Assembly (NCBI GenBank): GCA_950097015.1
Contig: CATNEN010000025.1
Span: 6,386,001 to 6,450,000 of the forward strand
Direction: 5' to 3'
DNA length: 64,000 nt
Source: Macrostomum hystrix
Lineage: Eukaryota > Animalia > Platyhelminthes
This document shows, piece by piece, positions 22,724 to 35,967 of this stretch. A program made the translations under genes and the position numbers. The notes under the pieces were generated by a model, which worked only from the letters and a program-made list of their open reading frames with translations, ran no database searches and was not told where the DNA came from. Every line of letters begins with the position of its first letter. The stretch's first letter is position 1.

Positions 22724-23701
22724 TTACATGCTGCCAATGGCAGTCACATTGTCCGGGCTAGACTGTCCATTGTGCATATAATGCGACATGCACATCATGT
22801 GCTGCACCTGCTGCTGTAGGTCCGTCAGGCCGCCACCGCTGGCCGCAGCTATGGACGGCGAGTGAGCGCCGCCGCCTCCGATCGGGCTGTCCGGATCCTG
22901 CTTGAGCATATAGCTAGCTGCGGCTGAGTGCATGTAGCCCTGACTCGAAGGCGAGCCGTAGGCTGCGGCTGCGGCTGCGGCTGCTGAAGGCAGGTGGGAA
23001 ATATAGGCTCCGTAGTGCTGCATGCCCATCATACTGGCAGCCGCCTGCTGCTGCTGCTGCTGATGATGCTGCTGCTGCTGATGATGATGCTGCAGATGTT
23101 GCGGCTGGTGATAAGAAGCGGCAGCTGCGGCCGCCGCCGCCGCCGAGGAAGGATCCATGCCAAGGTGATGATGATGGTGGTACTGATGCTGCTGCTGTTG
23201 TTGATGCTGCTGCTGGCTCTGATGTTCCGGCTGGAGTTGCGGCTGATGCTGCGGATGCTGTGTCATGTACGGCTGGGCACTGTACAGATCTCGGGGCAGC
23301 TGCGGTCCTCCAGTAGGCAAGCCGGCTGGGCCGGCTGAGTAGCGATCCTGCCGCTTCAGCAGGGTCTTGGTCTTGCGCCTGGGCCGGTACTTGTAGTCCG
23401 GATGGTCCTTCATGTGGATGGCCCTCAGCCGCTTGGCCTCGTCTATGAACGGCCGCTTCTCGGTCTCGCTGAGACTCTTCCACTCGGCGCCCAGCCGCTT
23501 GCTGATCTCGGAGTTGTGCATCTTCGGGTTCTCCTGGGCCATCTTGCGGCGCTGGCCCCGGCTCCACACCATGAAGGCGTTCATCGGCCGCTTCACCCGG
23601 TCGTCCTTTCGGCCGCCGCTAAGCGCCACATCAACGCCGGAGCTCTTTGCTGATGACGTCATCGGAGGCGAGATGATGCCCAGGTGTCCAAGCGGTGTGC
23701 A
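22724..23701 (-). CDS. SoxB1: SoxB1 (Sox1/2/3/SoxNeuro-like) HMG-box transcription factor, exon 2
   Basis: HMG box [42 protein letters not shown]...[17 protein letters not shown] includes the group-B motif. A TTTCAG acceptor at 23702-23707 adds 13 in-frame codons before Met 23662. Confidence 0.95.
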   Translation of the reverse strand, partial: CTPLGHLGIISPPMTSSAKSSGVDVALSGGRKDDRVKRPMNAFMVWSRGQRRKMAQENPKMHNSEISKRLGAEWKSLSETEKRPFIDEAKRLRAIHMKDHPDYKYRPRRKTKTLLKRQDRYSAGPAGLPTGGPQLPRDLYSAQPYMTQHPQHQPQLQPEHQSQQQHQQQQQHQYHHHHHLGMDPSSAAAAAAAAASYHQPQHLQHHHQQQQHHQQQQQQAAASMMGMQHYGAYISHLPSAAAAAAAAYGSPSSQGYMHSAAASYMLKQDPDSPIGGGGAHSPSIAAASGGGLTDLQQQVQHMMCMSHYMHNGQSSPDNVTAIGSM

Positions 23702-24885
23702 CTGAAATGGCGACAGTTGTTAGGGAGGGTGCAGGTGGAGATAAGTAAGAAGTAAATTATTGCAAGACATTCTCACAGATCTGCTCACAGGCGTTGCGCC
23801 TTTGCTGTAATTGGCGCTATACTGTTTCATTTAACCAGCTTTTAGATTGCTGAATTCACAGAGATGTACTATTGTCCTTTATGCATGGCTTTGTCCCAGC
23901 AAATGACGCACAAGCGGTTGTGGTACACACGGTGCCAAGCCAGGTACCAGATCCTACTAGAAGCCCAATGCCAATTTATATTGACTAGCAACAATAAGAA
24001 ACCAAGCTATACATCCCTTTGAGGTGCATTATCTTATATGCATGTTGGGCTTCTATAATCTAGCTGGGGAAATTTGCCTCAATTATAAGCAATCTCATCC
24101 TAGTAAAAATGCGATTTTTGCAATTAAAAATAGTTTTTTTTTCCATCTTCGTTCAGTCAAGCACTGGTTTGACGTTTGATTTTAGCGAACAGGTAAAGCA
24201 GGCGAGCAATGGGCATGGATGAACACAAGTGCACTCGGGTTAGTCACTGCAGCCTCAACTAGATGATAATGACCGGGTTCGGTTTGAGACAAGAAGAAGA
24301 AGACTGCTGAGCTGAGCGAGACGCAGGTGCCGCTTGTACTCGAGACATTTCATTCTCCACTCGCCAACAACTCCCCTACCCACACTCGGTGCCATAATTT
24401 CCTGTACGAGCTATAGGTACAGGCATTTAGTTGCCAGGGCCCATCAAGCTGCACCTTTCTCATTGCGGCGCGCCTTACAATATTGAGGAGTTTGAAACTT
24501 TTTTCTATTTCTTCTTCAAAACGCCGCGCCCCATCTCCAACCCGGTGCTCCGCAGCGGCTGTGGCGCTGGGAATATTGTTGGGAAGATCCCCCTATGCTC
24601 AATATCGTCTGAGGCCATGTTGCGAGTGTGGTAACGATGGCGTGCATCGAGGCACACCAACCAGCGGGAGCGGCTGGGTCCGAATTTAATAACGATGATG
24701 ATTGCGATGAAGGATGTCGCAAGCACTCCGGGGAGTCGCCTATACTCAGACTATGGCCCTTTGCTAAGCTTTTTATAGCCCATATTGTCATGCTATGGGG
24801 TAGAATTTTGCAACTAGGGGAGTCGTATGCGCTCACACATACACCTGTCACCTGTCTGTGCAAGAAGAAATTAATTGTCACTTAC

Positions 24886-25204
24886 CGAGGCCGAGTTGTT
24901 GGAAGCCATGGGAGTGGAGGCTGGCGACACGTCGCCCATTTCGTCGTTTCCGCCGTTGCAGGAGTCGCCGCTCAGGCTACTGTCGCCGCCGCCGCCAAGT
25001 GCGGGCCCGTGATGCTGCCGGAGCTCCTCCATGTGCTGCTGCTGCTGCTGCTGCAGGTGCTGGTGGTGCTGCAGATGGTACGGCTGATGCGGATGCTGTT
25101 GCTGCAGCTGATGATAGTTGAAGTTGGCATCAGCATACATATCGTAGCGCAGATAAGGCGCTGGCTGGCTGGAGTACATGGACTGGACATCGCGAGCTAG
25201 CTGA

Positions 25205-25236
<32 letters not shown>

Positions 25237-25257
25237 AGTGTGCAGCTCTGCCGCCAT
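24886..25257 (-). CDS. SoxB1: SoxB1 probable exon 1 (Gln/His-rich 124-aa N-terminus); joined protein 449 aa
   Basis: ORF MAAELHTQQQ...SNNSAS ends exactly at a phase-0 GTAAGT donor (24885-24880) that matches the phase-0 acceptor of exon 2. Composition resembles the Q/H-rich C-terminal part. Confidence 0.75.
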
Positions 25258-25827
25258 TTTATAGATTATTTATCTTCCTTTCTTTTCCTAGGCTAGGGCG
25301 ATGACTGTCTGTCTGTATTGTTGGGAGCACAAGAGCTTTGGGAAGAGGGACGTCCGTGAAAGTCCGCTGGTGAACACTGAATAGAAGCTTGAATGGGACT
25401 AAACAATAACTCAATGTAACACTGCGATGGGAAAGGTAGAAATATAATAAGCCTTTGTGAATTGAGTGCCGAGAATTATTGTCCTCTGCTGCCTTTTGAA
25501 TGCAAGCCGGTTGACAGAAAGCCGTTAGCAACTCTGAAGGGGTGAGTAAGGCTTTTGTATCCTTTGCCCCCTAGCTTTTTTGCTGGCCTGGTGCAAAAGG
25601 GCAGCCAGAAGGGGGACCAATAGGATTGCAAGGTGGCGCAGGAGTCTGCGTCTATTGTAGTCAGGAGATTGTCTATTGGCTTCGCGCAATAATAGCTGGC
25701 TTCGGGTTGTTCCGAGAGCGGCTTGTGAGAACTAAAGCGAGATAGAGAGAGAAGGCTAGCCGACTTAACTTTGGCCACTCCATTCATTATTATATTGCGG
25801 CCTCTCTTATTCACTAACTGACTGCCT

Positions 25828-25845
25828 GGGGAGGGTGGGGCGGGG
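25828..25845. promoter_or_regulatory. GC box / G-quadruplex motif upstream of SoxB1
   Basis: GGGGAGGGTGGGGCGGGG: four G runs with 1-nt loops; contains GGGGCGGGG. Confidence 0.35.
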
Positions 25846-28119
25846 CCCGGTTCTGGCGGCCCGAGCCTCCCACCCCACCTCCGGCAGCCCCCACCCCCTT
25901 CGCGCCCCTCCCCCCAATGGCTGTCTCGGTTGGGTGCGGATGAGTGGCGGAGGGGCGGTTGCGCATTCATCGGTTGAGAATTTTTTTCTCAACATTTTGG
26001 ACTCTCCTTTAGCCCAGGCCCAAGGACCCGTTGGCGCGCCGCGCTTTGGTTCTCTTATTTCTTGGCCAACGATTTCAAGCTCTCGCTGCATACAATGCGC
26101 CAGTACCAACCAACAACGGCTTGAAAAATTCTTCCCAAACTCAGGATGAGAAGAGGAGGCACCTCATATTCAGTCTTCATCCAAAAAATGACTGACTGAC
26201 TGAGGCGGCAGAGGAGGGAGAGGGCGGAGACGCTGCAGTGTCTGGAAGAAGTGGACCACGGAGACGGAGGCGGGGAAAGGCAATGGCACCTCGCTGGCCC
26301 TACTGCAGCCCTGGCTGGGCGATGAGCGGGACTTAATAATTTTTTTGTTTAGCTGCTTCTGGCGACCGTCCAACGGGAGAAGCCGATTTCTCTCACCTGT
26401 TGTTACGTCTGCACCTTCTGCCCTAATCCTATGTAGCAGCTAGACTATAGTGGAGGTGGGAATTCAGTGCAGTTCAAATAATACTGGCTGACTGACAAAG
26501 TCAAGTCAAACAACAATAGCGCCTTGTGCAGGTTAGGGCAGGCGGGCAGGAGGGCAAAGTTATCCTTTGCACTAAGTTTTTTGTTCTCAAACCAGCCAGC
26601 AATGCCCCAAACATAGACCAGGCAGCCATTTTTTAATCCCTCAGTGCAGGTGATGCTCGGGCTTTAATGGAAGAAAAAATCCCCTATGTATTCTACGGCA
26701 CAGCTTTCCATCCATTTTTTCTCCCATTTTCAGCCTTTTAGTTTTTAAAATCTGTGAAGTTTTCACTGCAAAGAGTCACTCTAACCGCATGCGGATGCTG
26801 GCTTAAGCAGTAGCTGGGCAAGTTTGCACTAATCCTATATAATGCAACGATTGCAATTATGCAGAAAGCTGCGAACAATGGGAAATGCGAGCCAAGTAAG
26901 GCAAAAATTGGCAACGAGCAAGCAGCCAGTGAAGACAGAAGAGGCGGGCAGTACTAATGAGTACCATTTTGTCGGCACTATACTGGCAGCAGTGCATTTT
27001 TCCTATTACTTTTATTCCAGTCAGTCAGTGTGGAATTGAGAATTGTAAAGAAAATGGCACACCAGTTATTAGCCTGTTTTTGCATCACGTCCTACTCTAG
27101 TCAATCAATCTTATAGTCCGCTGTGTTTTGTGTGAATGGTCAAATGAGTTGGGTCACATTTTTGTGTGTTTGAAATACCTGTCTCAGCAGGTTCGCATGT
27201 TGCAACCTGTCCCTGTAAATCGTATTCTTAACTGCCACCCCACCAGCTGTTCTGACTCATTCATTCGCGCTACATCAAAACTTGAGCCCAATTCTATAGA
27301 GAACATCACGAGAAGGGAGGGCATGGGGTCTCAAGGGTCTCAAGCATTTTATTGGATTTGCATGCGCCCTGGTATAGAGGCTCGAACAGAAAAGAAGACA
27401 AACTCGAGTCAAGAGAGTCCGGCATTGTTGCCTGAATTGTGTCAGCTACCTGAGTTTTTTGTCATTACCAACCAACTGGCCAGTGCTCTATAGAGCTAAA
27501 TCCGCCATGATTCAAATGGTGATTCCTTCATATAAGGTCTAATCATTGACATCCCATCGCTTAGTCCGACCGCCTCCATCATGGTGATAATCCTATAGTC
27601 ATCATCAATTCCAAATTACACACACGAGTACAAGGACCATAAGGCTCCATCTACACCTTCTCTCCCACATTATGGGGCTGGTCGGTTTAACATGCGGGTA
27701 GCTTTAAAAGCTCTCGGCTTCCGACCCAAGCCACACAGCCAGCATATACGGGCTCGGGTTCGTGCGAGCGATGCCATGTCTGGTTGGGGGAAGATGTCGG
27801 AAGGGGAAACCGATTCAGGTGGTGGGCGCTCTATATGGGAATATGGGAGACTGCGCGGAAGGCCCTACCCCCGGGGGGGCTCTTGTAGGTGAAGCAATGG
27901 GGAGGTGAAATTGGGGTTGGTTAGTTTTGAACCTAAGCTCGAATTTCTACATCATGAGTTGTGTAAGGGGTGTGGTAACGCGCGAGCGATTTTATGTGGA
28001 ATAAAACTGTCTGTGACAAATGAGTCTTGCAGACTCGAGTCGTGCACTGCTCTGTGAATGGACATTGGGAATTATTTGTCTGCTTTCAGTTTAGAGGAAA
28101 AATAAGAGAGCATTTTCTA

Positions 28120-28718
28120 AGAGAGCAGTTTCTGGGAGAGCAGAGTCTGGGAGAGCTGAGTCTGGGAGAGCAGAGTCTGGGAGAGCAGAGTCTGGGAGAG
28201 CAGAGTCTAAGAGAGCAGAGTCTGGGAGAGCAGAGTCTAAGAGAGCAGAGTCTGAGAGAGCAGAGTCTGAGAGAGCAGAGTCTAGGAAAGCAGAGTCTGG
28301 GAAAGCAGAGTCTGGGAGAGCAGAGTCTGGGAGAGCAGAGTCTAAGAGAGCAGAGTCTAAGAGAGCAGAGTCTGGGAAAGCAGAGTCTGGGAGAGCAGAG
28401 TCTAAGAGAGCAGAGTCTGGGAGAGCAGAGTCTAAGAGAGCAGAGTCTAAGAGAGCAGAGTCTGGGAGAGCAGAGTCTGGGAGAGCAGAGTCTAAGAGAG
28501 CAGAGTCTGGGAGAGCAGAGTCTGGGAAAGCAGAGTCTGGGAGAGCAGAGTCTGGGAGAGCAGAGTCTGGGAGAGCAGAGTCTGGGAGAGCAGAGTCTGG
28601 GAGAGCAGAGTCTGGGAGAGCAGAGTCTGGGAGAGCAGAGTCTGGGAGAGCAGAGTCTGGGAGAGCAGAGTCTGGGAGAGCAGAGTCTGGGAGAGCAGAG
28701 TCTGGGAGAGCAGAGTCT
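28120..28718. repeat. Minisatellite, 15-nt unit GAGAGCAGAGTCTGG
   Basis: About 40 copies. Confidence 0.95.
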
Positions 28719-31700
28719 CTGGGGCCAGAATCCGATCGGTTAAAAGCAAGTAAAAAACTGAGGATTTGGATGCAAGTCGCTAGGGGTTTAGCGGAAGAGA
28801 GATGGTCCGATACAAGCCATTCCAAGTGCTTCCTGTGACAAGCGCGCCCGTGAGTGTCCCCCCCGGAGACCGCCTCGCAACCTTTCCTTCTCAGATCCCA
28901 ATCTATCAATCAAGACTGCCTTTTTCTAACTGGAGATCTCGACACAGTCACTGGGCCTCCGCCTCTGCATCTCTCCCAACCGACCAGTGTTTTCCTCAAT
29001 ATGGCATCCGGAATGCGCGGCTGCCGGTGGCAGCAGCAGCAGCAGCAAGTCCAGAAAGCGGAAGCTGGCCTCTCCCGGCTCCTTCTTGCGGCCTGTTTCC
29101 TTGAAACATAGTTTTTTTCTGATTCCCGACTGCTACCGCACCGCACCGGGATATTCAGAGAATTTTTTCTTAATAAAAAATATTCTGGCACGTTGGGATG
29201 CACAATTGCCGCTTCACCTTCATAGCTTATTAGCAGCCTACCTGACTTTAGCAGAAAATATTACTCTATGCTCCTATAGTACTAACACAGCCTTTGCACC
29301 TTTGCCACAGTGCCTCAATAAGGTTCCCGATTGCTAAGCCGCGCAGTTTTTCAGAGCGGTGGACCAATTAGCACCTTCAGTTTATAGACGTAGGTGCGAA
29401 ATTCTTGTTGCAAGCCAAAAATTGCTGCTGGCAGGTGCAGCTAGCTAATGCGATAATTTTCCATAATTTACTTCTGAGGTTCCGGGATCAAAGCGATAAT
29501 TAGACGTGATAATACCACGTAAAATGCACGTTGATTTCCAACCTCGATTGCGCGGTGAAATCGGTTTAATTTTGATTGCGTCATATCTTTGGCTCGCCAC
29601 CCTCACCTTGCAAACAAACCCATGGATAGTGATTTATTGGCTGCGTGGTAGAATTTTTTTTCTGACAGATTTACAACCTGAGATAGGGACAGAATGGAGC
29701 CTTTGTTAGTTAAAGCACTTGTTGCTTGCCATTCATTTGACACTCGAGACATAGAGGCTAATTCAATAGGCTGCTCTTCAGTGTCTGCATTGCTCAATTC
29801 ATTGAGCTATCAATACTTCTCTCGATCGTCAAACCGATCATAGTTTAGTTTTTCTTGAAGCCTGTCCTAAGTAAACAGCGCGAAGCCATCCATTTAGTCG
29901 CTGTGGACCAATACAACTTGTAGATCAGACTCGGTTCAGTGTGTCCGGGGTGCAAAAATACAACCATTATCTCTCATTATTTCCCGATGAGATTGAAGAC
30001 ACGATTGCGATGAGGATTTCGCTTGATTCTCTCAAACATCCCGACTACTAGCTCACGTTCACTATAGGAACCTGACTCTCCTCACCCCACCCGTGCTGCC
30101 GTCGCAAGGCGTGCCTTCCTTATGATAATAAGGCGATGTGTTTTTTTAATTAAATCCCGGATATTAAGCCTATGCGATGGCCCAGCGACAGTGCAGACTC
30201 CAATAAACTTATTGGACTCCGCCTGGCGCTGACTGAACCATTGGCCGAAGCTTCATCTGCGCGAGTTTCATCATTAAGCCTGCATGGCCGCGAGTAGCTT
30301 CTGCCTGTTGTATATTCTTCTTTCCGCATATGGAGGGGGTCAATAAGCTGACGATATCTCATTTGGTGGCAAGCCCGGCCCCTGCTGCCCCAGTCATTAT
30401 AAACTGTGATTGAATTTGCATATCAAGGGGCTTTGAGAGGCCGTGGAGTCCTGCTGCCGGCTGCAGGACAGATGGAGGAAACGACGGTTTGGAATAAGCG
30501 AGCACAGTACACAGTCGCATTGTGAGGACTGCTTGCATGTTTAGTATGACGTCAGCTACTGTCTCTAATTTGTACAAAATATAAATAATAATAAGGATAA
30601 TAATCTTCGCAAAAATCATATCCGTGAAAATCGAACCCCCGACCTCTCGTTCAGATGTCTGAAGCTGCGACAAAAGAGATTCAAATTACTTAGGTATTAA
30701 CTGAACAAGAATAAAATTTTAAACAAATATTGAAGTGCACCTTGTTTTTCTTGTGGCATTCAATACGGTTTGGTAGTTTGTTTCAGAGAATCCACAGTTG
30801 ACCCACAGAAATTTCATATTTAATTACATTTATTAAGCTAGTCCCCACTTCTTACTACAATCTTTCTGTTGCAAGAATCGTTTTCTGGTTCACCGCTTGA
30901 GATTTGTATCTCGTGGAGTCCTGCGACCCATTGTGCCACAAAAGCGGTCCTTTTTGACTTCACTCTGTGCTTTACGTGGCGCCTGGCCCAGCCTTAGTCC
31001 AAGCGCACGCCCATCGTCTAAGAGTATTTCAGAATAGAATTTGCCCGCGGCATTTTCTGTCAAAAGGCCAGCAGAAAATTTATGACAGTTTAGGAGTTGA
31101 GACAGTTTGGAGTCCAGGTGGAGTGCGGCTTCTCTGTGCGTCTGTCTCGCAGCATCTCAACTATTCGCAGACTCCGTTTTAGCCTCATCTCTGCCGCTCA
31201 ACTCTGCTACTCTGTAGTAGGGGCTGAGTCCGAAACAACAGGTGTTCAGCTGGCTTGGGGTGAGGTGGCTTGGTCGGCAAGCCCCTTCAGCATCAAGAGC
31301 AGCGGCATAGGAGGAGGACAGCTTGCTATCGGCAGCAATTGCCCCCAACCCTGCCACTCCAACCAACGCAGTTAAAGACGAAAAAAGTGAAACAGCGAGG
31401 ATAAGAGCAAAAAAAATAGTTGCACGGGGGCAGGTAGAGAAAAAGAAAAAATGTCCAAACAGTCAAGTCTATCCATTGGCAGCCAGAAGTTTCAGAGCCC
31501 TACTAACCCCCCCCAGAACCTCGGCTGCAGTTTCCGCATGGTTGCGCCTCCGCCTAACCCCCGAAGCCAGCCACCCCCTAGTCCGTTCCGCTCACCTTGT
31601 CAGGCACAAAAGACTTAAGCTGCAGGGAGAGATGGATGGGGTGGGGAGCAGTCGACTCTGCTACCAGCCACCAGCAGCTACCCTCTGCTCATCTGCTCAA

Positions 31701-34700
31701 CTGTGTGTGTGCTCTCCTGCAGTCCTAGCAATGCCCGGGTTTCATCCGATCACGACCGAGACCTGAGAATCCTACCGTGCACAACTAATAGTTGGCTCAC
31801 AATCGTTAAATAAGCAAGCACCTGTCATTAATAGAATTTCGGGATACTCCTAGGACTTACTTTAACTTCTTACATTTCTAGTCCTCGAAGTCTATACGAG
31901 CGTACCAAAATCTGTCTATGAAAACACATTTTAAAGCGCATTTTTATGCTTTTATGCTAATTTACTGTCAATAATATATATTGAACACTGCCTATTTGCT
32001 CTAAAAGTTGGTCCCAACTACACAATCCTTTGCTAGCAATAACCCATGCATCAACTGACCCGGTTTTTCGGCACTTTCAGCGACTATAGCAACTAAAAAG
32101 CCTGCCCCAGCTCGTCCCACACTGATATAAGGCTTCTTGTAGGCGCAGACACTCTCTGTGATTTGTTGATACTCGATTCGGGTTTAATTCTGCCGGGTCG
32201 GTTTCATTTCATTGTCATCCGTGTTAAATGAGCTCATAGCTTCTAATACTTTCCTTCAAGCAATGTGACTCAGTAACACTTATGCCGCTCTAATTATAAA
32301 TGATTAGAAGTGATCCTGGAGCCCTTATAAAGACTCGTTTTAGGAGTTTAAGAGGCTGCATGGCGGAAGAGGTAAGCCTCAGGGGGGATAGAACAGGGCG
32401 GAAGTGCGGCGCCCCGCACGTCGGCCAGCCCTATAAGGTATGAGCAGTGCCGCTCACGACAGCCATCATTCTCCACCTTGTGGTCGAGTAGAGCAGTGCA
32501 GGGGCAGGGGGTCGCGGGGCTCCACGCAGACCGGAAGCTCAACTCCTGCAGACTCAACTCTCGGCCCAACCAACTTCTGCTTCAACAAAAAATTCTTCTG
32601 CTTCTGCGGCATTAACTGCCGCACAAGTTGGATGAGGAATGAATGATGAAGAGTCGGGAGTGCGCGGGAAGGAAGCGTTCCGCTACTCTCCACCCGCCAA
32701 AACTTGGCGAATTAAGGCGCTTCCCATTTTTTTACCTTTTCTTTATTAAAGCTACCTGATTCTCCCCTCCCAGAGAACCCTGGAGGGCACGCCCTCGGCA
32801 GGGGAAGTTGTTGGAAACGCTGCTGGCCAGGGGATTTTAAATCCTATACAAATCCCAATTCAGAGAAGGGATACTCCCTGTATTTACGAAAACATTTTCT
32901 TAGCCACTGACAGATACGGTCTATGAAATTGAAAAGAAAATCTCATGCGATCGGGGTACTAAAATTGGCAGTCACATTTTTAGCGGCGACACTCTGCAAA
33001 TAAAAATTCAAAATTGCAACCGAGGAACGAGTTCAACTGAATGGGAAACGATTATGAAGGTGCCCAATTTCTGACGGGATAAAACTGTGATGACTCAGCG
33101 AATGATAGCGAATGAAGTGCTTCGAGCGAATGGCAACCCAGCAGTGCTTAAATACCCGAGTGATTCTCAATGCAAAAAAATGGAATCATTTTTCAAGGCC
33201 TGGTTTGAACCCGCATGCAGAAGCTGAGCAGATTGATGGAGCCTTTAAAAGCGGCTGCTGCTGCTTCATTTTACTAAAAAATATTTAGAAATACGGCGCT
33301 AAAAGTGGATTCCAAGATGAGCAGACTCAACTCTGATACTAAATCAAGGGCCACCTTTTCTAAACCCCAATTTTCCGTCCCTCAGCGAGACTCAGCATTC
33401 AAGCTGATTAAATCTGCGGGACATTGCTGCTCAAGGGGGTCAGGCAATGCAAAATGATGCAATACACAATGTCTGTCTACTGTGCTACTAAGCTGCAGCT
33501 ATCTGTTCTGAAATTCTACGGGAATAATTTCCTGTCCAAGCACCTGATCAGCGGTTGCTTCAAATGGTTGATTGATACAGACGGAATAAATAAAAAGCGT
33601 GTAGAACAAAAACTTGTCGCAAAAGTGCAACCCTGCAGCCCGGCTCATCCTTGTGATTAGGATGATGACAGGACGGGGGCTTTGGCGGCTGAGGGAGAGG
33701 ACAGACTGACAGGCCGACTGTTCCATAATCAGTTGTCTAGATTAACGACTGAAGTCTGGAGTGCCGTCTGCTTATTAATTAGCGGCCGATCTCACCTGGT
33801 TTTCTGTTCAATCGCTCATGCTCCCGCTCTTCTGCATCCCAGCTTTCTCACCCTCTCCATTGTTTCCAAGAAATGTTTGATTGTTTCTGGTTTGAACTCA
33901 CTACTTCCTGTGTAAATTAACGTTCCTAATTAAATTACATTTTTCGATACATATAGGCCAATGTCTACCTAGTCCCAATATAGGTAGATCCATCTGGACC
34001 TAATATAATATCATACCTAAATTTGAAAGATTTCCATACATGTCGGCTAACGATGGCTCCAAGAATAAGTAACCTAATCGTACTTATTTCTATGGTTAAT
34101 GCTTGACCTGGTAAGACGTAAAGAGGCTAAAAATCTGCGATACATATCGGCTAACGTGGATCCAATAAAAAAAAAATTCACATATTTCGACACATATCTG
34201 TTGGATTCTTTAACACATTAATAAGATTTTTAAACAACGCATTCGCCAGCTAGTTTAATTAATTAATTTTTAATTATGAAACAATAGCTTTTAAATCAAT
34301 ACAATTTATTTTATTAACTGTATGGAATTGCCAACTTTCGATTCCTGTCCAGCTTTTCCGCTCAGACACAAATACTCAACAAGAAAATTAGTCCTTTTTC
34401 CTAGAAATTAAACGCTGACTGCTGAGCCGAATCCGCAAAGCATCCGCGAATCACTTAGCAATTAGCTGCGGGATCTTTTGTGCTCACTCCCACCTCCCAC
34501 CCGCCGTGAAGTCTTGACCCTGCACCACAATGGCAGACTCCGCCACCCCTACCAGCATTATGGAATTCCCAAATCAGTAAATCTATCAATCAGCATGCGG
34601 GATGGCTGTCTCCCCAATAAGGTACCTGCAGCGCATCGAATGAAAGAGAATTTTCAGCTTCTAAGCCTTTTTCTTCCCTAACAGGAGCTTCTTTTACTCT

Positions 34701-34989
34701 TTTGGCTTGCAAATCCGCTGAAATGCCAGACTGCAGTCTCTCAGGAACCATCCGATTCCATCTAACCCTGAGTGAGCTGCTAGCGCTACTCAACTTGCCT
34801 GCCTCCCTTGCTGCTTTTTTATCCGCTATAAATCGCTGCACCCCCATTCACTCTCCCCTCTCTCTGTCCTCTATCTTTCATCTCATCCATTCCACTCCGA
34901 TCTACTTCTATTCTCTCACATCAGGTAATCCGGTGTTTTGATTTTTTTCTGGGTCCATCCAGCAGTGACTAGATCTTGAGGGATCAAGA

Positions 34990-35418
34990 GAGAAACAGGG
35001 AGGGAGAGAGGGAGGTAGAGAGGGAGGCAGAGAGGGAGACTGAGAGACAGAGAGGGAGAGTGAGAGACAGACAGGGAGACAGACAGGGAGACAGAGAGGG
35101 ATACAAACAGGGAGACAGAGAGGGAGACAGAGAGGGAGACAGAGAGGGAGACAGAGAGGGAGACAGAGAGGGAGACAGAGAGGGAGACAGAGAGGGAGAC
35201 AGAGAGGGAGACAGAGAGGGAGACAGAGAGGGAGACAGAGAGGGAGACAGAGAGGGAGACAGAGAGGGAGACAGAGAGGGAGACAGAGAGGGAGACAGAG
35301 AGGGAGACAGAGAGGGAGACAGAGAGGGAGACAGAGAGGGAGACAGAGAGGGAGACAGAGAGGGAGACAGAGAGGGAGACAGAGAGGGAGACAGAGAGGG
35401 AGACAGAGAGGGAGACAG
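34990..35418. repeat. Minisatellite, 12-nt unit GGGAGACAGAGA
   Basis: Directly visible. Confidence 0.95.
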
Positions 35419-35967
35419 ATGGGTACAAGGATAAACAGAGATAAATAGCGAACCATACCGTTAACAAACCAATCCATTTCCAGCGCTGGCGTGAGGGCGT
35501 ATTGCTAAATTGACCCTCTGGTCGGCGAAAAAATTGCTTGTGGAGTTTTTTCTGTGGTGCCGAATACTGAAGTAGCCTTTAAGTTATCGACAATGAAACT
35601 GACATAATAGCTAACTAGCCATATGATAGCAGTCATGGGCATAGTCAGCTTATCATTTTCCGATTTATCCCTAAACATCAAGGATGAATGAAGAGCCAAC
35701 GAGTGCGTTAAATTTTACACGCTAGTGAATAAGCTGCAGCCTAATATTATAGGTATCTCATTTCCATCACAGCGCGGAATTGATTGGCAAAATAACTACG
35801 CCAACTGCCAGATTATCTCCATTGCGCGGATCAAGAGCAAACCAGCTGTTTATTTTTGTTTCAATATGTTTTCTTTGCCTTAAATTAACAATGAGCATCA
35901 CACACTCAGGTAAGGCTTTGTATCCTAAGGTATTTTCCTCTAGATTGCACGACTATATAATATCTGG

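Noticed and set aside
30209-30673. Minus-strand ORF with a hydrophobic stretch continuing 49 codons past a TGA (read-through or selenocysteine idea)
   Set aside because: No recognisable homology or SECIS; starts at a non-ATG codon; compatible with chance
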